A stretch of DNA of 64,000 nucleotides, from contig OZ024751.1 in the NCBI GenBank assembly GCA_964016885.1, positions 28,644,001 to 28,708,000 on the forward strand, written 5' to 3'. Shown here in pieces: positions 1 through 13,558 of this stretch; positions within the stretch are counted from its first letter, which is position 1, and each line of letters opens with the position of its first letter. The stretch comes from Eledone cirrhosa. Its lineage: Eukaryota. Both the position numbers and the translations under genes were made by a program. The notes under the pieces are model-generated. The model did not search any database, was not told the DNA's origin, and worked only from the letters and a program-made list of their open reading frames with translations.

Positions 1-397
1 TATATATATATATATATATGTATAAATATATATATATATATATAGACATTTCTTCCCTCTCACTTTTTCCCTATATATATATATATATATATATTGACCA
101 AGAACTTTGACACTTTAACCACTAAGCTACTCTCATGCTAGTGTGCCTCACCAATGCAAACATAAAAAGCACACACAAACCACACACACACACACACACG
201 CTACATACTGATGTCCTGTAAACTATGTGATGCGAAACTAAAAACATCCTATTTAATTAATGACTCAGAATCTAGGCTTGTGACTTTGACTCATTGTTCA
301 ATACTTGGGGATCTCTAAGGGGTTATAAGTTTGTTTAGGTTTTTTATCTGAGCATGATATGGAGAAATATATATGTGTGTCTGTATATATTTATATA

Positions 398-446
<49 letters not shown>

Positions 447-1093
447 TATATATGAATGTATATATATATATATATGTATATATATTATTAACATTATTTA
501 ACCCCTACAAAGACTATACACACACACATATAAATATATATAGAGAGAGAGGGAGGGGGGAAAGAAAGAGAAAAAAAAATATACATAAACACACGCAGAA
601 AAAAAGAGAGAGAGAGATGAGGGAGGAGAGGAAGGAGAGAGAGAGAGAGAGAAAAGGGGGTCAGTAGGTGAGAAAGTCCAAATATCTGTAACCAATAGAT
701 CGATCATGTTACTATAGATCCACTGATCAGGAACTAAGAGATTAATACACAGTTCCAAGCATCACTAACCAAACAGATCAATAATACTAAATGCCAAGAG
801 CCAAAGAATTATAACTGCCCAATGTTTCAATAACGACAGTAAAAAAATCATACAAAAAAAAAAGATAAATGATAATAATAATAATAATAATAATAGTAGT
901 AGTAGTAGTAGTAGTAGTGGTAGTAGAAGACAAACAGACAAAAAAAAATGTTATTCAATGGAGAACTTTTCTCCATCATTAGCTTCACTAAGTAAGTGTG
1001 GGATAGAAAATTAAATACAGAAAAACTATCGGAGAGTTGGGGGAGGTGAAGAGTAAATACACACACACACGTGTATATGTGTGTGTGCGTATT

Positions 1094-1149
<56 letters not shown>

Positions 1150-1228
1150 GATATACAAACATATATACATATATATATACATATATATATACGTTATACA
1201 CATATATATATATACGTTATATATACAA

Positions 1229-1259
<31 letters not shown>

Positions 1260-1345
1260 AACACATAGTGAGCCAAAAGTAAAGGTTGTAATAATCATAT
1301 TGAGCTATACGTTCTTAAAAAAGTGAACACACACACACTTGCACT

Positions 1346-1381
<36 letters not shown>

Positions 1382-1545
1382 CACATGAATGATTAAGATC
1401 ATTAAAACAAGTAAAAGGTATTTATTCACATCACTGATAAAGGAGTCAAGATGTCAACTGGTTGTGTTGTGTAGAAAGTGTATGTATTTGTGTGTGCATT
1501 ATATATATGTGTGTGTGTGTATACTTCCTTACAAACATAAACAAG

Positions 1546-1579
<34 letters not shown>

Positions 1580-1953
1580 CTATATACACAGATGTTCACA
1601 TGAATGTGTGTGAAAGATATATGTGTAGACATATATATACATATATACATCTACATATTCACACATGTTCACACGCATGTGTGCAAAAGATATATTCATA
1701 TACACACTTACGTGTGTTCGCAATACACAATATATGAGTTGAAAAAAATCATAAGAAACACCCAATGCAGTATTTTCTTAGCCTGTTATAAAAGAAACAG
1801 CCAGAAAAATGGTAACAACAGATACCATTTCAATCAGCCAACACTATATGGTCCCTTCCTTTCTCTCACACCTACCTACTCCCCAAAATCTAAACCTCAG
1901 ACTTGTCAAAAGATGAAATTTTAATAAAGATGATTTAGTAGTCATCATATCTG

Positions 1954-2052
1954 TGGAGTGACATACATGGCCTAGTGGTTAGAGTGTTGAACTCATAATT
2001 GTAATTCTGTGGGTTTGATTCCCAGTCTAGGCTGCATGTTGTGTCGCTCAAC
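1954..2052 (+). mobile_element. OR-like SINE head (truncated)
   Basis: ACATGGCCTAGTGGTTAGAGTGTTG...GGGTTTGATTCCC. Confidence 0.7.
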
Positions 2053-2411
2053 ACCAATGAAACTAGGATAAGGTGCCTTCAGGCAAAGGAAAGACTTGTT
2101 GGCACCAATTGAACAAGGAAATAGCATACATGTATATATACATATATAAACTGCACTTTCTCTTCTTTCCTTTCTGATGAAAGACTACTGTCAGAAACAT
2201 AAAAAAAAAACACTTTTATTTCTTTCTTTTCAAGCATTACTTATATCTAAGATCATTTGACCTGACACTATAGTATTCATAATGAAGGTGAGGATATATA
2301 TATATATAGTGAGAGAGAGAATACAATGTTAAGTTTATTTTTCCTGAAAAAATATGTTTTTGAAACCCCTTTGCCATGAAACTTAAACCTGTCAACACGC
2401 TCTTTTGTTTT

Positions 2412-2497
<86 letters not shown>

Positions 2498-2502
2498 AAA
2501 AG

Positions 2503-2608
2503 GGAAAAGAATGACTTCACTTGTAGTTCTAAACAATTTGATTTAATTTTATAATATTATAAAATTAAATCAAATTGTTTAGAACTACAAGTGAAGTCAT
2601 TCTTTTCC
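2503..2608. repeat. Perfect 106-bp palindrome (no spacer)
   Basis: 53-bp arms GGAAAAGAATGACTTCAC...TATAAT|ATTATA...GTGAAGTCATTCTTTTCC, centre 2555/2556. Confidence 0.97.
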
Positions 2609-2616
2609 TTTTTTTA

Positions 2617-2689
2617 TATATACCTAACTATACCACACATTTATATATACCTAACTATACCACACATTTATATATACCTAACTATACCA
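2617..2689. repeat. 27-bp tandem repeat, ~2.7 copies
   Basis: TATATACCTAACTATACCACACATTTA. Confidence 0.9.
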
Positions 2690-2726
2690 AGGATTTCACA
2701 CATTTTCCAATATATACATATATACA

Positions 2727-2772
<46 letters not shown>

Positions 2773-2913
2773 TGTATATATATATATATTGCTTGTAGGT
2801 GGTTGGTACTTCCTTATTTTAATTAAAGCTGGTACTAATGTAAGGCAATTCTATCCATACACCTATTCCTTCCTACTAAACCCTGCTAACCCTACCGTTT
2901 GTCAAAGGCCAGT

Positions 2914-3091
2914 GATGGAGAGCAGGTAGGTAGATGGAGAGCAGGTAGGTAGATGGAGATGCAGGTAGGTAGATGGAGAGCAGGTAGGTAGATGGAGAGC
3001 AGGTAGGTAGATGGAGAGCAGGTAGGTAGATGGAGAGCAGGTAGGTAGATGGAGAGCAGGTAGGTAGATGGAGAGCAGGTAGGTAGATGGA
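2914..3091. repeat. 19-bp minisatellite, ~9 copies
   Basis: GATGGAGAGCAGGTAGGTA. Confidence 0.95.
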
Positions 3092-3714
3092 GGTGTTTGG
3101 AAATTTCACTGCTCAGATCAGACCAAAGCTTGAGTGGCTGTAGTGGTGGTAGTTGTGGTGGGAGGAGAACTGACAACATTGGAGGAGGATGGATGAAGGG
3201 ATGAGGGGGGTGAAGGGTGAAGGGTGGAGTGGAGCTGTTCTGTGGCTGTGTTATTAATTCTAAAGGATAAATGTAGTGTTTACTAAAACAGGTGACTAAT
3301 GGGTGCAGTCGCTGCCCTTATGATTGTGGTGGTGGTGGTGGTAGTGTAATGGCGGTGCTGGCGGTGGTGGTGGTGATGATGGCGATGGTGGAGGTGTTAG
3401 TAGTGAGGAACATGATGATGATGATGGTGGTGGTGAGGGTGTTAGTATAATGATCTTGGTGGCGATGGTGATGGTGGTGATGATGATCATGAAAGTGTGG
3501 TGGTGGTGGTGGTCATGGAAGTGGTGATGGTGGTGGTGGTGGTGATCATGATGGTAGTGATGGTGAGGGTGGTGGTGACGGTGGTGATGGCAGTGGTAAC
3601 AGGTAGGTGAAAAGAGAAAGAGAGGTGGTGATGGTGGTGACAGGTGGAGAGAAAGAAAGCCATAATCACACAAATGGTGGCACTGGTGGTAGTGGTGGTG
3701 GTGATGGTGACAGG

Positions 3715-3746
<32 letters not shown>

Positions 3747-4200
3747 TGGTTTAGGTTAGGTAGTCACTGCCAAGCATTCAAGTGAGAAGGATGTTAGGAA
3801 AACCTGACATATCTACCCTCCTTGTACCGCCCCACACCAACACCACCATCGCCGCCAAAACCACCCCTCCATACCATGACCATATTGTCATCACCACCAC
3901 AACCACCACTACCAACACCTCCACCACCACTACCACCATCTCCACCACCACAACCACCACTACCAACACCTCCACCACCACTATCCCCACCACCACCGCC
4001 ACTATCCCCACCACCATCTCCACCACCACCACCTCTATCATTACCATAACCAACAACACCAGCATTACTATCCGACCACCACCACCACCACCACCACCAC
4101 CACCACCACCACCACCACTCCGAACACCCCCACCACCACCGTTGCCGCCACACCCCCACCATTGTTGGGCTTGGTTAAGTGTCTGATTTATGGAACAAAG

Positions 4201-4214
4201 GTTGCCATGGCAAT
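4201..4214. promoter_or_regulatory. RFX X-box-like palindrome
   Basis: GTTGCCATGGCAAT, a 13/14 match to GTTGCCATGGCAAC, in a unique island between repeats. Confidence 0.35.
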
Positions 4215-4609
4215 ATGTTGTTTATGAATAATTAAGGTAGAGAGGAGTATGTTACAGGAGTGAAATCTGAGTAACAGCATTAATGTTGGCTGGTAATTTG
4301 TATAATAGGATAGGATAGGTGCTGGTGTGAGGGTGGTGCTGGTGTGGTGGTGGTGGTGGTGTGGTGGTGGTGGTAGTGGAGGTGGGGGTTGGGAGAGTGG
4401 TGGTGGTGGTGGTGAAAATGGTGTTGGTATTGAGGGTGTATGAGTGAGATAGAGATAGTTGGAGGAGGGGTGATGTGAGTGAGATAGAGGGAAAGAGACG
4501 GGGGGCGAGGGGGGGGGGATACACTACCACTACAACTGACATTACTACCACAACCACTACCACCAACTACAACTACTTCTACAACCACAACTACCACTAC
4601 CACCAGCAA

Positions 4610-4648
<39 letters not shown>

Positions 4649-5131
4649 CCTTAATATCATAACCACTACAACCATTACTACCACAACTACTACTACAACC
4701 ACAACTAGCACCAGCTACTACTACTGCTACTACTACTGCAATTACAACTGCTGCCACCACCATTACTACCACCACCTGTTTAAATGCTAATATACACTGA
4801 CATAGACGCATACACGTCCACACACATCTACACACACTTACACACTCACATCTACACACACATCTACACACACACATATACACACACATCTACACACACT
4901 TACACACTCACATATACACACACATCTACACACACTTACACACTCACATATACACACACATCTACACACACACACATCTACACACACTTACACACTCACA
5001 TATACACACACATCTACACACACTTACACACTCACATATACACACACACATATATATTACCATTCAAGCCACTGGCAAATATTAAATGTTATCATAATTC
5101 ACCTTGCAAAGAAATTAAGTACATATTGTGG

Positions 5132-5378
5132 GTGTGTGTGTTGTATGCATGTGTACATGAATGGGTGTGTAAAACAAAATGAGTGCACATATATATATAT
5201 ATGTGTGTGTACACATTGTATGTATGTGTGTGTTTTTGTATGTATGTGTACATGAATGGGTGTGTATAACAAAATGAGTGCACATATATATATATATGTG
5301 TGTGTACACATTGTATGTATGTGTGTGTTTTTGTATGCATGTGTACATGAATGGGTGTGTATAACAAAATGAGTGCAC

Positions 5379-5422
<44 letters not shown>

Positions 5423-5440
5423 ACATTGTATGTATGTGTG
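5132..5440. repeat. ~95-bp tandem repeat, 3 copies
   Basis: GTGTACATGAATGGGTGTGTA(T)AACAAAATGAGTGCACAT... three times. Confidence 0.9.
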
Positions 5441-5837
5441 TGTGAGAGGGAGTGAAAGAGACAGACAGAGTGAGAAGCAGAAGGCTATTTCTGGCCACCT
5501 CGACCAAAGTGTGTGTGTGTGTGTGTGTACGATATAGTGTGTGTGTGTCTGTGTGTACGATATGTGTGTGTGTGAGAGAGAAGAAAGCCATCTCTGGCCA
5601 CCAAAACCTAAGTGTGTATGTGAGTATATATATATATGTGTGTGTATGAGAGAGAGAGAGAGAGAGCCATCTCTGGCCACCTAAACCAAAGTGTGTGTGT
5701 GTATATATATATATAATGAGTGTGTGCGCGTGTGTATATATATATATATATGTGTGTGTGTGTGCATGTATATAGTGTCTCTGTGTGTATATGGTGTATG
5801 TGTGTGTGTGAGTGCATATGGTATATAGTATAGTGTT

Positions 5838-5905
<68 letters not shown>

Positions 5906-6118
5906 ATCCCTGGCCACCGCTACCAAAATAAATTATATAGAAAATCAAACAAAGAAATAAATGTTGGATTAGATTGCACATAAATCAGCATAAAAGAATG
6001 TGGCTGGCTTTGAAGTTAATATCAAGGAGCAGTTGGGGGGTGGGGGACACACACAGGCTAGCAGTATATAGGGGAGAAGAGGTGTTTGTGTATATATATT
6101 ATATATATATTATATATA

Positions 6119-6150
<32 letters not shown>

Positions 6151-7059
6151 GCAGAGAATATATGAGAGGTGTTAAGTGTTAAGTAGCAGTGCAGTCCAGT
6201 ATAAGTTTCTGCTTATATATACATACAAACATAACGCAAATATGTGTGTTCATGTTTGTGTGTACATACAAACATAACACATAAGTGTGTTTGTGTTTGC
6301 GTTTGTGTGTATATAACTAAACACACATCATATATATATATGTGTGTGTGTATATTATTATTATTATTATTATTATTATAGGATTTAATACCCTATGGCC
6401 AATCTTAAACCATTTTGATTTCTATGTAGCTATATATATTTCCAAAACATTCAGAAGTAAAATATACTGACATATAGTTATACATAGATTTAACCCATTG
6501 CAAGCATGGAAAAATGGACGCTAAACGGTGATGATGATGATATATATATATAAGGGATAACAAGTTATCGTTATGGGTAATCCAGTTAGAGGTTGTGAAT
6601 ACTCCTATTCTGGATAGTTTTAGCGTACGGCGTTTGTTTGACTCAACAAGAGGTTTCCTTAGGTAGCAAGTATATGAGTTCTCGGGAGTTCCTATGTAAG
6701 TTAATCTTGGAGTAATAATAGTGAAAGAGTGAAGAATAACATGGTCAACAGTACAAAAAATGTTTTGTAAATAAAACCCTTTTTTGTACTGTTGATCATA
6801 TACATATGAGAAAGTTCAGCTATAGGAGCAATGTTCCCAAGGAATCTCAAGATACACACACAGCTGATGAAGTAGTATATATTATAATAAACACAACCAG
6901 TACACTTTATGAGATGGCTGGTTACAGGAAGGGCATCCAGCTGTAGAAAACCTGCCAAACAAAGGTTCAGGAGGGATTTTCAGCTGTGTCAAAGACATGA
7001 CAGATTCTCTAGACCTAATGGCTTGATAAAATGTACTCAGTAGAGCATGGGAACATTTT

Positions 7060-7248
7060 TTAGTTGAGATGCAGGTTCCCCCCTGAGAACCTGTAGAGAA
7101 CAGGGACATATGTAAGCAAGATGCAAACACCTGGGCCCATCTGAGAGGCCTTTATCTCTACCTGAGTACATAGTTGGTCTTTGATGACCTGTTCAAACCT
7201 TGATAGTAGGGAAAATCGATATATAATGATGACGATGATGATGATGAT
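7060..7248 (+). mobile_element. Old LINE/SINE 3' remnant with (GAT)n tail
   Basis: GACCTGTTCAAACCTTGATAGTAGGGAAAATCGA...(GAT)n resembles the RTE 3' tail seen elsewhere in the window. Confidence 0.4.
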
Positions 7249-7632
7249 CTACTATATTGGATCACAAATGTTTAGTTAGTATATCACCATGAAATAAACA
7301 TTTGAAAAATTCTCTATTTATTGTTGTTCTTTAGTCTCAGCCAAGTCAATGGCAAGTTTAATCCATTAGTAAAACCATTTAAGGCCCAATTAAAATAATA
7401 ATTAATGAAGAATTGAGAAGGATTTGCTATAATCAATAATTAATTATTTCATTATTAAAATGATATTTGTCAAATAACCTAACAAAAATTTTGAAGATTT
7501 TCATTTAAATTGGAACAAGTCTTGAAGAGTAAACCCTTTAAAATTGATGTTTTGTTTCATAGAACCAGAACCAGTTTTTATATCAAAAAGATTAAAATAG
7601 ACTCAACTATCATATCTTAGCTCAAACATACA

Positions 7633-8128
7633 TTAATCCTTTCATTATCATATTTCTTATAAGATAAAATAATGTCTAAAGTCTGTCATTAGGCCAGTGC
7701 TTTTCTTAGCATTAAGCAATTGAGAGTACAAGACTTCTCTGCTGGACAGGGCACCAGTCCACCATGGAGTTAAAGCCCCAGCTATTGTTGGTACTCATTT
7801 TCAGTCGATTGTATTGGAGCAATGTGAAATGAATTGTTTTGCTCAAGAAAACTACACATAACCTGGTCCAGGAATTGAACCTATGACATTATGATTGTAA
7901 GTCCAACACCCTTACCACTGGGCCATGTACCTTAATTTAATAATGAGATACATAATATTTGAAATAATTAAATATGAATTTGGAGGGATTTAATAAAATT
8001 GTTATATCTTTATTAAGATGATATTTGTATCATAATGAATGGTTATCTTATAAATTTTTGTTGGAAGATATAAATTTGAATAGGAACCCTTTAAAGTAGG
8101 AACGAGCGTTGGTACCAAAAAGGGGTTA
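7633..8128. mobile_element. AT-rich TTAA-flanked MITE interrupted by a SINE
   Basis: TTAATCCTTTCATTA...GTACCAAAAAGGGGTTAA. Related sequence at ~7390-7596, 10560-10710 and 11089-11461. Confidence 0.6.
7675..7932 (-). mobile_element. OR-like SINE
   Basis: Colinear with 53359-53643. Confidence 0.85.
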
Positions 8129-8935
8129 AAATCTCCTTTAATACAATCCCTTCTACCAGTTAAAATCACCATTACCATCAACAACATTAACATCAACAAC
8201 ATCATCATCATCATCAACATCAAATAAAATCTATTTTCCCAAGATCAAGATTCCAAAATGTTTTTGAAAGAAAAAAGCGAAAAGGAGGTGAAAGGGTAGA
8301 GGTGTATGATGGAGGTCGACTTAGCACCAGGACCTCCCCTCCTCCTCCGCACAACCGTCCTGCACCTCCCCAAAAATATAGGAGAAAAATATCTGTTAGA
8401 TTAAAAGGAATTCTAATTAGATTTCATGGAAACATCTTCAATTAACCAGAAGAAAGAAAGAAAGAAAATTTATTTACTACTAAAACTACTATTACTACAA
8501 CTACTACTAATAAGGATAATACCGAGAAAACTCAAAAAATATTATCTTTACTATTTATTTATATAACAACAACAATAATAATAATAATAATAATAAAAAG
8601 AAGAAGAAGAAGAAGAAGATGGTAGGGATGATGATGATGATGATGTAGAAGAGGGGGTTGGAGAAGGAGGAGGTGGACCTGAAGGAGGATAAATGTAGCT
8701 GATAGCATCGTTTTATAAAAATAAGTGTAAAGTGTAGAGATGAAATGAGATAGAAGGAAGTTGATGGGACAAATTTAGAAAAAAAAACAAAGGAGGGGGA
8801 GGGTCTTTTGGTGGAGGAGGAGGAGGGGGGTCTTCTGATGGAGAGGCGTTAAGGGTTGGGGTGGAGTCGATGTGGTGGTGATAGTTAGATATATATTTTA
8901 ATTCATGATTAGATTACCAGAAAGAAAATGAATGA

Positions 8936-8970
<35 letters not shown>

Positions 8971-9588
8971 ATGAATGAAAGAAATAAAAATAATGGCAAT
9001 AAGAAGAACGAGAAGAAGAAGAAGAAGAAAGAGAAGAAGAAGAAGAAGAAGAAGAAAAAAGAGATAAGAAAGAAGAAAGAGATGAAGGAGAAGAAGAAGA
9101 GACAAGGAAGAAGAAAGTGATGAAGAAGGAGAAGAAAGACGTGGAGAAGAAGGAGAAGAAAGAGACAAAGAAGAAAAATAAAAAGAAGCAAGATATATAT
9201 TAAGAACACCTCCCCTCCCCCCCAAAAAAAAATCAAACAAGCTGAAATGTGTGTGTGTGAGTGTTTTTATGTGTGGGTATGTGTTTGTGTGTGTGTCTGT
9301 ATTTTTTTTATCAATCAGTTGTTTCTATAAATGTTTGTATTGCACACTGATAGGGGATCTAAATGAAGCTAAAACAACTTAAAATGATTTGGATAATTGG
9401 CAAATAGGAGAGAAAAATCAATTTATTCAACACCATAAAAGATTTCCAGTTTTTGGTAGGAAAAAACACATAAACATTATATAGGATTAAAGCATATATA
9501 TATAGACATACATATATGTATGTATATATATATATACATACAAATATGTATGTATATATACATATATATGTATGTATCTATGTTTATA

Positions 9589-9637
<49 letters not shown>

Positions 9638-11088
9638 GTATATATTTCTTTTTTAACTTGTATCTCACACACCAAGAAAAGATAGTCCACCACATCACTT
9701 TAGTCTGCATATCAAGAGAAAAATATTAATTAAATAAATTTTTTACTAAATAAATTAAAATAAATAATAAATTACCCTCCCTCCTCCACCAACATCACCT
9801 AAAAAAATAATCTATATACAAAAAAAAAAAAATAATTAAAAACAAAAATATAATATGCCAGCTAAAATCACATCTTGAACTTGGTAGGAATAAATATATG
9901 AAAATCTAAAGAGTTTTAATAGAAAAATATAAAACAGGTCCCTTAAACTAATAATATTATTTCTTTTCTTAGAAGAATCTAGCAGTATGTTTTTTCTTCA
10001 GTCTTTTCAAAGGCACATGCTGATGAAACACTAACACAGTAAATATATAAAGATATCTGTGTTTATAAATATGTGTGTGTATGTGTTTCAGGGTGTGTGT
10101 GTGTATGTGTATGTGTTTCAGGGTGTGTGTGTGTATGTGTTTTGGGGAGTGTGCTTAGGTGTATATTTTGTGTGTGTCTATTTGTATATGAGTGAGTGTA
10201 TGTGTGTATTTACAGGCTTCTTAGTTAAAACTGGTATTTTCAATCAACTAACATGGTATACACAAAGAGTGAGATTGAGGGATAGATAGAAAGACAGACA
10301 GATAGATAGATAAATAAAGTGAGAGAGAGAAAGAGAAACACGAGAGTGAAGGTGTGAAGAGCTATTTCATGATAATCTTACTTTCTTTTTCTTCAGGTTA
10401 AATATAACTATGAATATCTTGTTATTTGTGATACTAGGTTTTTTTAAAATGTTATTACAGTCTATATATTGGGATTAACTGAAAGTGAGTGTGGTGGTGG
10501 TGGGGGTATATTATTTTCAGAAATATTTGAAAATCATAGGCCACCTCTCATTAGAAATATAGTAATGAAAAGGTTAAAGTGCTTATATTTATATAAAAAC
10601 CTTCCATCATCATTTTATGTTAACTTTTCTTCAAATTACCAACTTAATAATGAACAAATTAGCTTTATTACTAAATCTCTGAAATTCTTTGAAAATATTT
10701 TCAAAATTAATTGAAAGTCATATGCAGAGTCTTTTATTAGGCGACGAATTGGCGTCGGATAGAATGCTTTATGGTTTTCATTCCGGTTCTCTGAGTTCAA
10801 ATTTGCCTTTCATCCTTTCGAGGTCAATAAAAAAAAAGTACCAGTCTAATACTGAGGTCGATTCTTCCTCTTTCTGTAAGAAATCTGCTGTACTCAGACC
10901 TGGAGAGGGGTGGACTCCGCCAGACTTAAAATGCTTAAGAAATGCTGTATGTCAATTCGGCACCCCTACAACTCTATCAGGAGTTATAGGACCATATATG
11001 GTAATGAAAGGGTTAAATAATGACCAGATGTAAAAACAAATAACCAAGTAAAAACACCAACCAAAACTACTTAATATGTCCAAAGACT

Positions 11089-11461
11089 TTAACTCTTTTG
11101 TTACTAATCTGGCCACAACTTGTTCTGGTTTTATGACACAAGACAATCCATTTTAAAGGGTTTCTATTTAAATCTAAATTTTCCAACATAATTTTATATC
11201 CAAACTATGTATCATATTACTCTCTTAGTAATGAAATAATTATAAATTTTAGTAAATCCTTCAAAGTTCTTCATTAATTAATTGAAACACAGGGTTCCTA
11301 CTTATGTTAAAATCTTCCAACATAATTTTATATGAGAACTATGTTAAGTTTCTCTCTTAATAATTAAATATTTAATAATTTTAGTAAATCCGTTAAAAAT
11401 TCTTCATTAATTAATTGAAATGAAGTGTATTTCATTAGAAATACAGCCACGAAAGGGCTAA
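11089..11461. mobile_element. AT-rich TTAA-flanked MITE with an internal ~125-bp duplication
   Basis: TTAACTCTTTTGTTAC...CACGAAAGGGCTAA; TTCCAACATAATTTTATAT...TTCATTAATTAATTGAAA occurs twice. Confidence 0.6.
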
Positions 11462-11867
11462 AGACATGGCAAATGAAGTTAATGATTATCAGAGATGACC
11501 AAGAACTCTAGAACCATGCCAATCTCACCATAGAAAGGATGACCACAGTGCAATTTAAAAAAATAAAATATAAAAATATATAACTTTCAAATTTAAGTAA
11601 AATATTACAAAAAACAAAAACCAAAAAAAACCCAAAACCCCAAAAATAAAAAAGCCCAATAAATGTGCCAGTTTGTGTGTATATGTGTGTCTTTATGTGT
11701 GTGTGTGTTTTCATTTTATTTTTTTCTTCTTTCTTAATTATCTATTTGCATATTTAGGAATTTTTCATTGTTAACTCATGTGATAAGCACATATTTTGGT
11801 TAATAATCAACAAGCACTGTCAATGAAGAGTAGCTCAAGATGAATCAAAGTCTATCAGTCAAAACAA

Positions 11868-12082
11868 CAATGATAATGATGATGATGATGATGACGAAGA
11901 TGATAATGATGATGAGGGTGATGACGATAATGATGGAGATGGTGATGTTGACGATACTAATGAGAATGATGGCAATGATAATTATGCTGATGCTGACGAT
12001 AATAATGATAATGATGATGATGATAATGATGATGATGATGATGACGATGATAATGATGATGATTATAAAGATGATGACGATA

Positions 12083-12141
<59 letters not shown>

Positions 12142-12210
12142 AATGATGACAATGATAATGATGATGACGATGATGATGATGATGACAATGATAATGATGG
12201 TGATTATAAC
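11868..12210. repeat. (GAT)n trinucleotide low-complexity tract
   Basis: GAT/AAT/GAC runs. Confidence 0.95.
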
Positions 12211-12953
12211 AATAAAATATGGAGAGAAAAAAAACATCAACAAAAGATAACTAACAATAATAACAATAATAATAATAATAATAATAATCTTGACGATGAT
12301 GATGGTGATGGTGATAATAATAATAATAATTCATAACTGATTTTCATGAATAATTATGAAAATATTCAAACATGGATCTTTTGAAAGAAGTTTATTATCT
12401 CCAAAAATTTATTTTGTCTTTGACCGTTTCATGTTTCAATGCATTTCATTTAGGTGTGTGTATGTGGTGATGTGTGTGTGTGTGCGTGTGTGTGTGTGTA
12501 TGTATGTGGTGAAGTGTGTGTGTGTTTGTGTGTTTAGGTGTGTTTGTCTTGATGTGTGTGAACACGTCTTGATGTGTAAATGTGCGTTTGTCGATGTATG
12601 TGTCCGTGTGTATGTCTGTGTGTGTGTAGGGGCTTTAGGTGTGTTTGTCTTGACGTGTGTATGTTTGTCGATGTCTGGGAGTACATCTTGATGCAAGTGT
12701 GAGGTGTGTGTGTGTGTATGAGGTGTGTGTGAGGTTTGTGTTTGTTGATGTGTCCGTGTGTCCATGTGTGTATGTAGGTGTGTTTAGGTGCGCGTGGGTG
12801 GGTAGGTGAGTCTACGAGGGAAGAGAGGAGGGGGAGGGGGTATGATGCGGCTACCAAAAGTTTTCGCACACGATGAATAATTCATGAGAGGTGAGAGAGA
12901 ATGAGAAAGAGTGAGGGAGAGAGAGAGATAAAGAGAGAGACAGGAAGATAAAT

Positions 12954-12990
<37 letters not shown>

Positions 12991-13527
12991 GAGGGAGAGA
13001 GATAAAGATACAGAGAAATAAAGAGACAGACAAGAAGATAGAGAAATAAAGAGAGACAAGAAGGGAGAGATATAAAGAGGCAAGCAAATATAAAGAAAGA
13101 GAGAGAGAGAGAGATAGACAGCTGGAGATATATATATATATATATAGAGAGAGAGAGTGAGTATAGGAGAGAATCACTGAGAAGCTAAAATATATTCTAA
13201 GGTTTTTAATTATCTGAGCAAGACAAAATTGTTATGTATATATTCAGAAAATAAACTTTCACAACCTTTTCTTACTTTACCTGCTAGACATAAAACTTAA
13301 TAATAAATAATCTAACTTAGAAGAACATTTTCCCTCCATTTTTTTCTTTCATTTTTCTTTCTCTATTTGTTGTATCTTTCCTCTTATTTTCCTTTATTTA
13401 TTCATTTATTTATTTATCTATCTATTTATTTGTTTGTCTATTTTCTTTTAATTCTGATAATTAAAAAGAAAAACTAAAACATAAATAAATAAAATAATAA
13501 TAATCTACACACACACACACACACACT

Positions 13528-13558
<31 letters not shown>

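Noticed and set aside
5482-5930. CRISPR-like repeat-spacer look
   Set aside because: Eukaryotic context, spacers are microsatellites of irregular length, and there are no cas genes.
8290-8400. GC-rich island with a minus-strand acceptor (CTAACAG)
   Set aside because: Several short frames are possible, none recognisable, and there is no donor.
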